In this document: piece by piece, positions 1 through 15,364 of the stretch
Position numbering within the stretch: position 1 is the first letter of the stretch
Layout: each line of letters opens with the position of its first letter
Assembly: GCF_009914755.1 (NCBI RefSeq)
Contig: NC_060932.1
Length of the DNA stretch: 64,000 nt
Source: the human T2T-CHM13v2.0 reference genome, Homo sapiens
Reading direction: 5' to 3' (one strand)
Notes under the pieces: generated by a model
The model's database searches: none
What the model was told of the DNA's origin: nothing
Seen by the model: the letters and a program-made list of their open reading frames with translations, nothing else
Position numbers and translations under genes: made by a program

Positions 1-1091
1 AAGAAACATCCCCTTCAAGCCAATAAAATATTATAAAATAAATTAATACAAATTAGCATAGTTTGGGGCAGAAGATCCTGGGAGAGAGACACTCCACTCA
101 GCACAGAAAGGAAAAAAGGACAAGCTATGCACTCCTTTTCCCTATGGGTAAGTAGAGCCTTGACAGATCAAAGACATTGAATAAAATAGCTCTAACTCTA
201 TAGTGAATTATTTGCTTGGTAAAGAGGGAACCTTGCACCTGACAACCGTATGGGTGATGGTTTTCATGTGACCAATCAGATGAGCACTCGCCTTCTCAGT
301 CCTGCAGAAAATGGAGAAACTATCCAATTAGCAATGGGTGGAGAATGAGCTGGGCATGCGGCAAAACTGATGATCAATGTGCTGTGAGACCCAGTAATAC
401 GCTGGCCACAAGTAACAGGCCCGTAGAGCTCCCCAAGCCCTGGATGGTCTTTCACTTCCAATTCTCATCACACATATCCTTAAAATAAGTCTGCTTTTCC
501 TTTCAGTGGCTTATGTGAATCCCAGATCATAGCAACCAAGATAAATAAAACTAACTAAATTTTTTGGCACAACTTTCACCCCAAGTACATCGCAGTCCTT
601 GGCTACATTGCTGAGGTCACAATGGAAGACACCCATAGGGAGTCTGCTGCAAACCTGGCATTGCAGGGTGACTGAAGACACCCCTGCTCTTTGCCCAAGT
701 GCACTATTCTACATGCACGTGTGCCCCACATGACACTGCTCCACATCCCACCTCCCAGCAGGGGCAATATTACGTAAGTAGAAGCATCACCTTGCCCTTA
801 TGCTATTTTAAAAATCATGTTGTCACAAAAGAAGCAAATAGAAGTAGGCAGAACCTGAGCAAACAGAGTTATTTGTACATAATGTTCTCATCTCCCACCA
901 GGAAGTGTCTATGTTCCATGAAATGTCTGAATCCCACAGAAGTTTGGGAAGCTCACTCTGCGGGATTTACACTGATTTTACCTCCCAGGATGTCCTTGTT
1001 TCACTTGGCTAACTTCTTGAGGTCTACAGCATCCCCCTGTGGGGCAGAGAATAGAATCTCGTGTCTGACAAAGAAAGGAAAGAAAAAGTAT

Positions 1092-1117
1092 ACACACACA
1101 CACACACACACACACAC
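1092..1117. repeat. (CA)n microsatellite
   Basis: About 13 uninterrupted AC units. Confidence 0.95.
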
Positions 1118-1357
1118 TGAGTCTTTATTGACTAAATGCTACCTGGACTATTAAAGAGGACAGTGAGTGTTGAAATGCATTACTTATATGCCAGGCAGCA
1201 ATAACTACATTTTGCTTTATAACATTGATCAGAGTTTTACTATGCTTGGGGAAATTATCATTTATGTATATTTATAGGAAGCATAGGTAGGACAGAGTGT
1301 GATTTATCAGCACTTCAAGCCAATAACTGGTAGGAGAAAGCACCTAGATGGTCATGT

Positions 1358-3200
1358 TGTTACAGGATATTTGGGGGTGTTGTTTTTCTGGTTGGAAACC
1401 TCTGTGGCCAGTGGTGCCTTTGCCTGAGCTTTGCTTGGGCCCTCTGGGCTTATTTTGCCCACTTGGCCTGGCAGGCTGCTCTTGGCTTATGCTACCGGCT
1501 GGGTCCCATGCCTGCCAAGGGTGAGTCAGGCATAGAATGATGAGGGGTATGTGAGCAAGCATGGATCCGGCCACTGTGCAGTCAAACTTGCCAGCTGCTG
1601 CAGTGGGGCAGGCAGCTCCAGGTGCCGGCACAGGTACTGGCTCTCTGCAAGGCTGTGGCCAGACCAGGCACACCACAAGCAGCTTTCACAGCTGGCACTA
1701 AGGAACACGGTGGTGCCCAGAAGCTTGGAGACACCAGGAACTGCACAAAACACCAAGACACCAGAGTCCAAAAGAGGGAGTCACAGCTCTGACTTGAGGA
1801 GCTCCTAAGTCTGGGCTCCCAGAAAGGCCACAGTTTTTCTTTCCTTCTCTTCACCCACAATATGGCAAGCAAGGCGCATGTCTCAGCTCTGTTTGTGTTA
1901 CAGCTCTTTTAGCCTCACCATGGGTGGATCGTGAATTCTTGTCCTGCCAGGAAGAATGAGGTATGCAGACAAGTGGAGGGTGAGCAAGATGAACTGGAGC
2001 TTTATTTAGCAATAGAACAGCTCAGAAGAAAGCTGCAGGGTGCAGGTCCTTTCTGTAGCCAGGGTGTCCTGACAAGTTTTCAGCTCCTAGCAGAGACATA
2101 GCTTCTCTCTGCAGCTGGCCATCCTGTCATCTATGCAGCTCTCAGCAGAGAGGAAGCCCTAGAGTGGGTGGCTCCTCTCTGCAGGCAGGTCATCCTATCA
2201 TCTCCCAATCATCTCTCCCTTGTCTTTGCAGCTCTCAGCAGAGAGGAGTTCCTAGAGTGAGTTGCTCCTCTCTGCAGCTGGCTGTCCCAACATCTTCTCA
2301 GCTCTGGCTGAGCCCAAGGCTTTTATGGGCCTTAGAGGGGAAGAAATGCACTCCAATTGGTCAATAGGCAACCATGGGTGAGCCTGGAAAAGGCACCACA
2401 AGTTCCCACTCCAGTCCAAAGGACTGGCAGCCTGGCTCCCAGCCTTCAGGCCCACCCCAAACTGAAGATGAGGCCTCACCAGGGACCTGCCCTCTCCTGC
2501 CCAAGAACCTGTCTGCCTCCTCATGATGCCCAGGCTGTAGGTGCTGAGGGGCACCTGTAGACCAGCACCAAGCTGTCCTCAGCCCCATCTCAGCTTCCCT
2601 CCTATGCTTGTCAGTGCCCGAAGTCCAGAGGGGGCCAAGACAGCAAGGGGCTGGCGTGTCAGCACTGCCTCAAGCATGTGCACACCCAGCCAGGCTGTGA
2701 CAGTGCTTGAGCTTGGCCCCAACTTTGCTCCAAAATTGGAGCAGGTGCTGACAGCAGGGAGAAACCTGGCAGCAGGAGCAGGAACTTCCAAGCCTGCAAG
2801 GATCTTGGGGGTGCCTTCCAGGGCAGCCAAGATTGTAGAGATGCCTGGGTCCACAGCAGCTGTTTGGCTGCGCTGCACCTGGGGGGTGCAGGGCTTCTAC
2901 CTGCTTCGTGGAGTAGGAGGCCTGGGTCTGCAGCCACGGTTTGGGTGGCTGCGGCTGTACGCAGAAGGGCAGGGATCCTGCCTGCTTCTGAGCCCTGAGA
3001 GCACAGGGATGCCCAGGTCTGCAGCCGTGGCTTGAGCAGCTGCAACAGCATCCAGGGAGCTCCCACCCCAACTTGGAATGGGCAGGGGTCCTGCTTGTTC
3101 CCAGCTTCCAGCTCCATGGAGCATGCAGCCCCAGTCATGCCTCCATGATGCAGCTGGTGTGACGGTAGTGGCGTCTCCAGACAGCCCACAGCTGCCATCA
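1358..3200 (-). mobile_element. MER52-family (MER52A-like) ERV1 solo LTR
   Basis: GC-rich 1.84-kb block bounded by TGTTACAGGA...GCTGCCATCA, the reverse complement of the MER52 ends as I recall them; 4-bp flanks ATGT/GTGT fit an ERV1 TSD with 1 mismatch. Confidence 0.88.
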
Positions 3201-3884
3201 GTGTGTCCTAAAACAACCCCTAGTCATTGAAATAGACAGAGGCCTTCTTTATCCCCAGGAATGAATGGTAGAGTGGGGTGGGAAACATGGAGTCCCAGAC
3301 CTCCTTATCTCCTGGGAATATGTTTACTGCAATTTGATAGGGAAAAGCCTCTTCTAACAGCATCACATTAAAGGAGCTGCTTTGTTGGCAATGGGCTTTT
3401 GCAGTTCACTCACTCTCTTCTTATGAAACAGTACTAGGCCAAAAGAACAGAGACTTAACAGTTCTGACTCCTCCCTTGTTTCCAGACATTGGGGTACTGC
3501 ATCTGGTCTGCATGCTTACTGCTGTGTGCCAAAATATCTTCTGTCTCATGCCAGTCTGCCAATTCATATAACCCAACAAGCAATGCTAACCAAGTTTGAG
3601 TTGGTTGTTTCCAGGCATCTCTTGCCTTTGAGAATTCAAGGAGTGCCACCAGGACTGCCTTGGGGCCCTCTCTGTTAGCAGTCCCTCTGAGGATATGGCT
3701 GTGGTCACAAGGGTACAAATGGTGGATATGCAAGCAGGCCCAGTATTTCCTAGTCCCACTAGAGTACTAAAGACTCAACAACTCTTCAGTCCTGGAATTC
3801 AATATCATTTTCCATATGGGTTACATTACGATTTCACAACAAAATTCTGGAGTGGGGAGAGATCATTTTAAAATTTCAGGTCGA

Positions 3885-4555
3885 ATAAATTTACTGTATG
3901 AGCCAATAATTTCACTCATAGAAAATTACCAAGGAGAAATGAGAACATATGCCTACAAAAGTACATGTATGTGAATGTTTATAGCAGCTTTAATCATAAT
4001 AGCCAAAAAGTGGAAACAATCCAAATGTTTATCAATTGGTGAACAGATAAATAAAATATGGTATATATACGTGATGGAATACTATGCAGCCATAAAAAGA
4101 TTTGAAATTCTGATATATGCTACAATGTGGGTAAACATAAAAAAATATTGTGCTAAGTAAAAGAAACCAAACACAGAAGACATCATATTACATGATTCCA
4201 TTTAGATGAATGGACCAGAAAAGGCAAGTCAATAGAGACATAAAGTAGATCACCTTGACATTCCGATTTTTGAAAAATTGTCACAGTGAAAAAGTAGACA
4301 AAACATGAACATGGTATCACAAAACTGGTTTTTTTCTTTTTGTTTTTTGCCTAGGTCTGGGAGTGGGAACAGGGATTGGTAGCAAATGAGTATATGGGCT
4401 CTTTGAAAGTGATAGAAATGTTCTAAAATTGAATTGTGGCAATGGTTGCCCAACTCTGTAAATTTATTAAAGGTCACTGAATTGTGAAGTTAAAAAATGG
4501 ATCCATTGTATGATATGTACATTATACCTCAAGAAAGCTATCAGAGAAAAAAATT
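3885..4555 (+). mobile_element. Old L1M (L1MB-like) 3' end, interrupted at ~4249-4346
   Basis: ORF2 C-terminal-like MFIAALIIIAKKWKQSKC; 3'UTR motifs ATAGAGACATAAAGTAGAT, GGTTGCCCAACTCTGT, CACTGAATTGT. Confidence 0.85.
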
Positions 4556-7321
4556 TAGGCTGATCATTCAACTTAGGCAAGACAGGGGAAGGGGAAAAAG
4601 AAGACTGGGCTGGAAGTTTCTCATGTTCATAGAACTTACACGAGCCCCTTTTTGCCAGTTGTGTATTTTTATCTCATTTATCCCATAGGAGTGCCCAGTA
4701 TGTACTGGTGGGCTTAAGTTACCTTATCTTAGGTCTGTTTCTCCACTTACCAAATGCTAGAGAATGCCGAAAGAATTGGAAAAGAGAAATAATCACCTTG
4801 ACATTCCCATTTTTTGAAAAGTCATCACACTGAAAAAGTAGACAAAACATGAACAGATTTCATAAAATTGTTCTTTTAAAAAAAAAGTTCTTCTAAAAAA
4901 GGTATTTGTGCAGTCATTTCTGTAAATGTCCACAAAAAAAATGTTAAATATATATAGAGAGAGGAGATCACTCCTTGTATGACTGTTGGCAGGATTAGGA
5001 ATATTATAATTCAGCAGACATTATAAAGTCAACTGGAGAAAAAAGTCTTCCTCTTGCCTCCAGGGACACCTGACCCATAGCAGCCATGATGTGTAGCTTG
5101 ACTAGCACGTGTTTACAGATTGGTGAACATCAGATACATTCATTTTATTAGGTAGTTGGATAATAGCCTTTTATTTGTGATTATTTATGCATTAGCAGCA
5201 AGCAATGGATATGTGCTATGTAGGAAAGTTATTATTTGCTAATTTGCTGCTTTTAAAATACATGGCACACTATCTATTATGTATCATGAATTACAATTAC
5301 AACAACAGTTTAATTAATCACCAGCACCCTGTTTTGTACCAATCTACAGCAGAATTCTGGGTAATGGTGTTGTTTACCATTTAGCAAGTAGCAACATTTC
5401 ACTCTGTTTCACTACATTAAACTGCTCAAATAAAGCAAACGGATATTGAAAAGAGTTGGCCATCTGCCTTTATTTTCTTTTACTTTTGTTTAAAAAAAAA
5501 ACTCTCAAAAGGGAAAGAACACAGCCATGAAACTGATAGTGACAAAAAGCACTCTCTTTTTTTCTTTATCAGGTCAGACTCTCATCTAAATGCAGTTCTG
5601 ATGAATAGTTTAAAAAATAAAAAAGAAGCCCGCTTTGTGGATTTGGAGTGGGTCTCAAGACCAGCCATGAAACCTAATGATTATTTAACGGCGCTGCACT
5701 CGAGGCTGGCTTCTGTAAGCCTCCTTTCCCCCCTTTAAGAGTTTGATGAATAGGTCTTGTGACAGCCATTTAGGAATAAACAAGAATTCATCAGTCTGCA
5801 TAAGAAGAAGCCAGTTTATAGATTAAGTTTCCTGAGGTAATTCATGAGGTCAGTCCCATTTAGATGGAGACTATTAGGGCCTGGCTCTCGAGAGTGGCCG
5901 TAGAGGGGAGTCACTCCAAATGGACCCCGCTCACACAAAGCTCCCTTTCAGGGAGAAGCCTGCCATTTTTATGACCCTGCTGTTAGGACGCACATCAACT
6001 TGTCACTGTGCAGATCTGCTAGGGCAAGACCTCATCACTCTATTAAAGAGCTCTGTGACCCTATTGATTTGAAGTATTTAAAGCAGGGGTGAAGTTCAAA
6101 GCAATTTCTTTTCTATACTATTACTCAGTCTCTCTGTGTCTTGGCTCTAAAACATCTGCTGTCAGTTCCTTTCTGTTGTCTGACTCTGGAATCTGTCACT
6201 GGAGAACAGAGTAGTTTTATTTAAAATAAATTGGATTCCTTTTCAGTTTTCAGCATTTCACATTGTGATCAATGGTTTATGCTCCTTCATCTGCCGGGAG
6301 ACTTAACTGCAAGTGGATCCTTTTATGTCTCTTTAGGGCAAGACTGAAGCAGCATTAGCTTCTGAGGTTTCATAATAGAATCAAGTCTTAGAAGTAGGTA
6401 GCAGCTACCGGCTCCTCTAATTGGCCAATCAACAAAAGTAACAACCTTTCATTTAAAAAAAAAAAAAAAATACAGCAAGAAGGAAAGAGAAAAAAAAATC
6501 CATCTCCAACTGTGGCTCCAGGACTCAAATGCTAACAGTATCATTTTTACTTTTATTTGCTCCAAGAAATGAAAACAGAGTAAACAACTCAGTTATTTTT
6601 AAATGTCAGCAGGTAAGGCAAAACTGGGAGCCAGTTTTGAAAGGTGTTTTGCAAAACAATGCAGGCTGCCACACTTGTTCTGTGGAAACGGCAGGAACCA
6701 GAGTACATTTTGAATAGTTAATAATACATTAGGCATTGTGCATGCATTACCAAAGTGATAGTGGGAAACTCATAGCCTTTCGCTGGCTTGCTTGGGATGC
6801 TGGCCCAGCTCTTTGGATGCGTCTGTCCTCAGCCAGTGTTACTGAGGAATTTATTTGAAATACCAAGCCTGAGTTAAAACATTATGTTAAAAAATACTGG
6901 GCAAAGGAAATAATACAAAGTTCAGGATTGGTGCACAGTTTAGCATTGTTACCAACCAACTCTCCAAAAAGTCACTTAAAGTCATGCATGCCCCTTATTA
7001 CTTCATGTAGAGACTAGAGGTATCCAGTGATAATTGAAACACAAAGCATTTCACTTCTCCTGAGAGTCTTTTTCAAAAAACACCTTCTATTATTCCATAG
7101 GCTTCAGCGAGGACAGTATTTCTGTAACAGGAAAGATTCTCACAGAGTCTATTGCTGCTTTTCAGATAACTCTCAATTCTTCGTGTTCATCCTTGACAGA
7201 TCTCCCAGGCTCTGGTCAGAGCTGTGGTCAGGTTTCCAAGCTTGGGAGTGTCTCCCCTTCCCTCAAATGCAGCCTGTTGGAAACTGAAGCCTTAATCAAC
7301 ATCCCTCCTATAGCCTTCTTT

Positions 7322-7657
<336 letters not shown>

Positions 7658-8134
7658 TAACAATGTTGCTAACCATCTTCCCAGTTATTTCTTTCCCCAT
7701 ATCCTGTGAGTAGCCTGGTCCTATAGAATCTGCCACTGGATTTTCTCAGCCCCACACTCTCTCCAGAACCCCATGTCTGCAGTACCTTTCACCAACAGTT
7801 GCTTCCAAATTGGGTCATCTGGCTTTAGCTTTCTTTTCACTCCAAATTAATCCCCTGAAGCCAAGCTCTAATCAAGTTCCTGCACCATAAATACCTCCAG
7901 TCATTCCACAGAATCTAGGAAACAAAACCCAGTTTCTTCAGCCTGGCATTCAGAGGTCCCTTATTCTATTTTCCTTTGCCTGTCCTATGCTTCGACTAAT
8001 GAAGCTGTTGGCCATCCTGCCCTTCATAGATTCGCCCTCCATATGCCCTCCCTAAAGGAGCCCATCCACTATCAATGTTTCAGAGCCACTCAAGACTTCT
8101 AGCTCCAGCTCCATCTTCTGTCATGAGCTCAAAT

Positions 8135-8295
8135 TATTGTCTCTCAGTAAATAGCAATGCCACCCACCAAGTTGCTCATACTAGGGAAGTTTCCCTCTCC
8201 CTCACCCCTAATCTCACAACAATTATTGTCTCCTAATTTTCCTTTCATCTTCACTGCCTCCACTCTGATCAAACGTCCTCTCCAGCTTCAACTCT
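8135..8295 (+). mobile_element. L2 fragment
   Basis: CTCAGTAAATAGCAATGCCACCCACCAAGTTGCTCA resembles the L2 consensus. Confidence 0.6.
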
Positions 8296-8709
8296 GAAAC
8301 ATCCTGACCTGTGACTCAGTTCAAGGGTCAGTCTTACTCCCCAAGAGATAATTGATAACTCTGCTTTGAGACTACCTATATCAAATATTAGGGTTTTGTA
8401 TTTATTTGTAGGAACTACCTCATTTAGAGTCACTGAAAAATGCTTATTTATTAAATAAATAAACGAACAAATGAGAAATCAATTATAGCAGTAGGAAGCA
8501 GAACTAAGCCTTCCCTTTTATAATTTAGGATGATGCAGAATTAATGCCTCAGTTCAATGATATAAGCTTAAAAATGATTATGTTTGCAAGATTTAGCCCA
8601 TTTTCAGTTTTAATACTATTTAGTATGAATATTTTTATGTTTAGGCCTATAAGAAAATAGTTTGCTTTTATCCTAACTTTCTTCTTTGCAAATGTTCTTA
8701 TGTCATCCC

Positions 8710-9087
8710 TGATATAGTTTGGCTCTGTGTCCCCACCCAAATCTCATGTCAAATTGTAATTCCCAGTGTTGGAGGAGGAGCCTGGTGGGAGGTGATTGAA
8801 TCATGGGGGCTGACTTCCCCCTTGCTGTTTCAGTGATAGAGTTCTCATGAGATCTGGTTGTTTGAAAACACGCAGCATTTCCCACTTCACTCTCACTTTA
8901 CTGCTGGCCATGTGAAGATGTGCCTACTTCCCCTTCACCTTCCGCCATGAATGTAAGTTTTCTGAGGCCTCCCCAGAAGCAGAAGCCTATACAGCCCACA
9001 GAACTGTGAGCTGATTAAACCTCTTTTCTTCATAAATTAACCAGTCTCAGATATGTCTTTATAACAGTGTGAGAATGGACTAATACA
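8710..9087 (+). mobile_element. MaLR solo LTR, MSTA-like
   Basis: TGATATAGTTTGGCTCTGTGTCCCCACCCAAATCTCATG...GGACTAATACA termini. Confidence 0.9.
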
Positions 9088-10364
9088 ATCTTCAAGGGCC
9101 ACTATGACATAACTATGACAATCGCATTATTTACTCAATGGTATTTTTTTAAAAAACTAATTGTGCCTCAGACAAAGCAATATGTTGAGTTCTTGTCAAT
9201 CACATGCTGTAGGCTGCTTTTTTCTTTGTAACTCAGAATGTGTGTCCTTTCCAGCTCTTTTATGCTTTACATTTTTTTCAGAACAGAAACTGTAGTACCA
9301 TAGCTCTGAGGTCAACAGTAAGTACACTGGTTCAGGTCTCCCTGAGAATTTTCAATAAAGATAGCACAAAAGATTTGAAGGAGATAATAGTTTCTGTTCA
9401 GATCTTCTGAGGAAGTAATAAATGACATTTGACACCATTTCTTATACCTTTAATTCAGAAGAAAAAGAGAGAGAAGAAACTCATGGATGTCAATAGAAAC
9501 AGAATACTGTAACAAGTTATCATTTTGATTGGGAAATGCTGAATATGTTGGAATTTATGGCATGTATCCACAGGGCACATTTCAGAAAGGAACTTGAATT
9601 TGATGGACCAAAATGTGTTCCATCCAAAGAAAAATAAGATGATAAAATAAAAAAATTCTATCCTCAAAGAAGTGATGGTTTCATATTCAAGTACCTTTGT
9701 TATGAAAGTCTAAATGATAAGACTGCCCAACTTCTAACACACTCCCTCTGTTAATCTAATACCTAACACATTCTACACCAGGGGAAAAAAGGATGTTATT
9801 TTTTACAAAATGATTTCAATATCACAGTACACAAAGAGAACTTCAAATATGGATATGTCCTATAGACTCTATTTTTGTTTTCTTTCTATGTATATATAAA
9901 AAGACATTGATGAAAGGCCAGAGAAAATAGAAACTTTCTCCTTTAAAAAAGATAAAAGGCACTTAATGAATTAGGTGGAAGAAAGTTATATTTCTTGGTA
10001 AATCTCCCAAATATCTAATCTTAAATTCTGCCATCGTACATGCTGATCTTTCAGCAAAACCCTATGTATTTTTTGGTAGAAAATCATATCCGGAATATAT
10101 ATTTTCTGCAAATGTACATGGCTTATAAGTCTAAATATTCAGTGTTTCTGTTATCTCCAAAAAGATGATGTCTAATATATTTAACAAAATCATAAATAAA
10201 AATGTTTTCTTTATTTCTGAGAATAAATGATTTAAATACTTGTAAACTTAACCTAAATATTTTATTTGAAACTGTTACTGAATCACTAAGAAACAAAAAC
10301 ATACATTCATTGCCATTTTACTAGTATAATTCAAACATCTCAGAATAGATATTAGTTTTTCTTT

Positions 10365-10452
10365 TAAAACTTTTAAAAAAAATAGAGATAGGGGTCTTGC
10401 TATGTTGCCCATTATGGTCTCAAACTCCTGGTGTGAGCCACCATGCCTGGCC
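10365..10452 (-). mobile_element. Alu left-arm/FLAM-like monomer with internal deletion
   Basis: TAGAGATAGGGGTCTTGCTATGTTGCCC...AACTCCTGG joined directly to TGTGAGCCACCATGCCTGGCC. Confidence 0.8.
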
Positions 10453-10793
10453 AATCTTAGTTTTTGTTTTAGAGATTTTTTAAAAAGAATATTGGAGAAA
10501 TAATATGGAAGAACATTCAGAAATTATAAAGTATCATTCTGTTTACATTTTAATTCAAGATGCTGTTGTTTTACTACCTATCTGAATTATAAGCTATTCA
10601 TGGTACAACGGATAGTGCTCAGTATATACAGGTTAATATTCTTTCATCCAAACTTTTAATATACCTCTATTTTGTGTTATTAGTATGATTATGTTTCAGA
10701 TTATGTGGGAAGCTTTGGAAAAAATGAATACAATTCCTATATTCAAGGAGCTTAAAGTGTAGTGGACAGACAAAAATATAATTTATAAATTTA

Positions 10794-11090
<297 letters not shown>

Positions 11091-11269
11091 AAGATACAGT
11101 CTCTAAGTTAGGACCATTGCTGCCCTAAACAAAATGAGGGTTCTATTTATAAGAACAAAGAAAATACGGATATTAGTCAAATGGCAAGAAGTCCTGACAA
11201 TGAAATTCACCTGTGTGAATGACTTAACTTCCCAACTCTTACCTTCTCCCATATGCTCAGAATTCAGTG

Positions 11270-11922
11270 TTTTAGACTCAGCCAGGAGGAACCCTGCTCT
11301 GGGCCTGGGACTTTAGAAACACTGCTCTGTCCCTCCAGAGCCATGACCCTCTCTAAGGGCCAAGGGGAGATATCTACACAGAAGCCATATTCCCACCCAT
11401 GTCAGATCATCCCCCAAATGCAGGCCAAGGGATTACCCACCCAAACGGTTGAGGAGCCTCTTCCATGGCCTGGGTGGACCTTTGTCCTTGGGTCAGTTCT
11501 TCTGAAGTCTGAATTCACCATTGATGTGAATGCATCAATGCCTGAGGGGTGACAAAGGGACAGCTACTTGCACAGGATTTAGACAGAACTTGGATATGTG
11601 AGCAGGGTATTTATTTATGTGTATGCAAAGATCCTCATAGGGCAGGACAGAACCAAAAGTGGGAAAAAGGGGTGGCATGCTGTGGGAGGGGAATATGAGG
11701 AACTTGAGAGGACCCCCTACATTGGGGCATGAACACTGAGGAGTCTAGGAATTCTAAGTTCAAACCTGGTCATCATGAGAATATACTTATTCAGGTAGCA
11801 GGATAAGACGTATTTTATTGAACTTTTTGGTAACTGATGGATAACTTACATTTAAACAGATGATATGTGGGCCTCCACTCATATTCTTACCCCCAGCCAT
11901 ACAAATATTAGGAATAGGACAG
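11270..11922 (-). mobile_element. hAT-Tip100 DNA transposon relic, MER115-like
   Basis: Right end ATATGTGGGCCTCCACTCATATTCTTACCCCCAGCCATACAAATATTAGG and AATTCTAAGTTCAAACCTGG match the recalled MER115 reverse complement; left boundary uncertain. Confidence 0.6.
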
Positions 11923-12211
11923 GGCCAAAAATTCATGGGTCTGGGAGAATGAGTCTTTATCTCCAAACTGGCATTTTGTGCACACTTTGAGAAGTTAGAC
12001 ATTGATAGAACTGACTGTAGTTTGGATATACTCATAGATATTTAGTTAAATAATAAAACCAACAGCCCCATCTAACCTGATATTTTATTAAATCCTGCTA
12101 CATATGCTTATTGACTGGATATTCTTTTTCCATTCTTACTATCTCATGGAGAAGGAGCATGCCTCCCTTCAGTAAGTTAGTTCAGCCTAGTACATGGAGT
12201 AGTTCAATTTA

Positions 12212-12712
12212 CAGTTTGACCTTTGAGCATCACAGGGGTTGGGGCACTGACCACCGCCCCCCCGTCCCCATGCAGCTGAAAATTTATATCTAACTTTCAA
12301 CTTCCCCAAATTGAACTACTAATAGCCTATTGCTTACCAGAAACCTTGTCAATAACAAAAAGCCAATTAACCCACACCTTGTATATGTATTATATACTGT
12401 ATTGTTACAGCAATGTAAGTTAAAAAATTATTAAGAAAATCATGAAAGAAAATATATATAGTGCTCATCAAGTGGAAGTGAATCATCCTAAAGGTCTTTA
12501 TCCTCATTGCCTTCACACTGAGTAGTCTGAGGAGGAAGTGGAGAAGAGGAGGAGCTGGTCTTCCTGTCTCAGGTGTGGCAGAGGCAGAAACAGCGGAGGG
12601 GTTGGAAAGGGAGGTTGTAGAGCCAGGCATACTCAGCACAACTTTTACTGAAAAAAATCTCCATATAAGTGGACCCATGCAGTTCAAACCCCTGTTGTTC
12701 AAGGGTCAACTG
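12212..12712 (-). mobile_element. Tigger2-family non-autonomous element (TcMar-Tigger)
   Basis: TIRs CAGTTTGACCTTTGAGCA / TGTTCAAGGGTCAACTG, each flanked by TA. Confidence 0.88.
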
Positions 12713-12794
12713 TAATTTATTTAATTAAAAGAGCAAATAACATTCAAACGAGACAATCATCATCATCATCATCAAAGATTCCATCTTGAACATT

Positions 12795-12885
12795 TGTCAT
12801 TCATTTAATTAACAAATATTGCATAGGTCCCCAATACGTGCCAGAAACTGTTCTAGATCCTCAAGATACAGTTGTGAAAAAGGTA
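12795..12885 (-). mobile_element. L2 3' end fragment
   Basis: TCATTCATTTAATTAACAAATATTG...GTGCCAGAAACTGTTCTAG. Confidence 0.65.
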
Positions 12886-13839
12886 AGGTGTGTTCAAGAA
12901 CAGCTGATACCTTGTACACATAAACGCATCTCCCAGTTAACATTAGAAATTCAGATCTTGTCCATGATATGGCTAAACAGAAGCCTATTTCTCATTATTT
13001 TAAGTGAGAAAAATGCCTTTCAGTTTGGCCAAACCCCTAAACCAGTTTCCCATATTAACTAAAAATAATAAAATACCTATAAAGGAATAAAAGCTATCAT
13101 ATTGGAATGCAAAGTACTGAAAACATTACTTCATCATCAAGTAATTAGCATGGTTGCTAATGAACAATTTCTTTATAAGCAGTAATAGCCTTTATTCACA
13201 CACCAACTGGGGAAACACACAACACACAACCCTTTGGTTGACGTGGTGCACATTTCAAAAGCCAACAAATGATTGTGCTTCCAGCTAGCATCAAACTACT
13301 TTTTCACCATAAAGAATGAGTGATTGGATAAAATATATGAAACAACTATTTCAGACATTAGATAATATGTAACTGTTATTGCAAAGAGAAAGGAAACAAA
13401 TGAGATGAAACTACCGTCCCCACAATCTCTGCCTGGATGGACTTCTGATTCATGGTGCAGAAAGAAGGAGCCCAAATATAAGACAGAAGTCTCACTGAGA
13501 TAAGGGAGCAGAGATCTGGGTCTGGGAAGCCTGAGTCAGCTAAAATGTGTGCGACACAGAAGCAAAGGTGAGGCAACTTCACAAAGAAAGAGTTCCAGAA
13601 ATCTGCACGAGGAACCCTTTGAATCATTGCCTGAATATCAATCTGCACAGTCATAGAATGAGACTACAAGAGGCCAAGCAATGAACAACTACTGAGGAAA
13701 TAGCAACTACCAAGAAATTGTAGGATGAAGAATTCCTAGAAATCACCTGAGAATATGAGATGTTCAAGTTCTGACCAGCCCGTGTAGAAAGGCTACACTG
13801 AACAACCAATGTATTCTGTAATATTTCTATACACTATCA

Positions 13840-14975
<1,136 letters not shown>

Positions 14976-14982
14976 GATAGGT

Positions 14983-15304
<322 letters not shown>

Positions 15305-15364
15305 TATATATATACACATATATATATACACATATAAATGTAAGTTACAGAAAAGGAGCGGGGA

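Noticed and set aside
699-1154. 151-aa ORF
   Set aside because: GTG start, runs through a CA microsatellite, no recognisable homology
1344-3198. Dense overlapping ORFs up to 179 aa
   Set aside because: All lie in the GC-rich MER52 LTR, where stop codons are scarce; no recognisable domain
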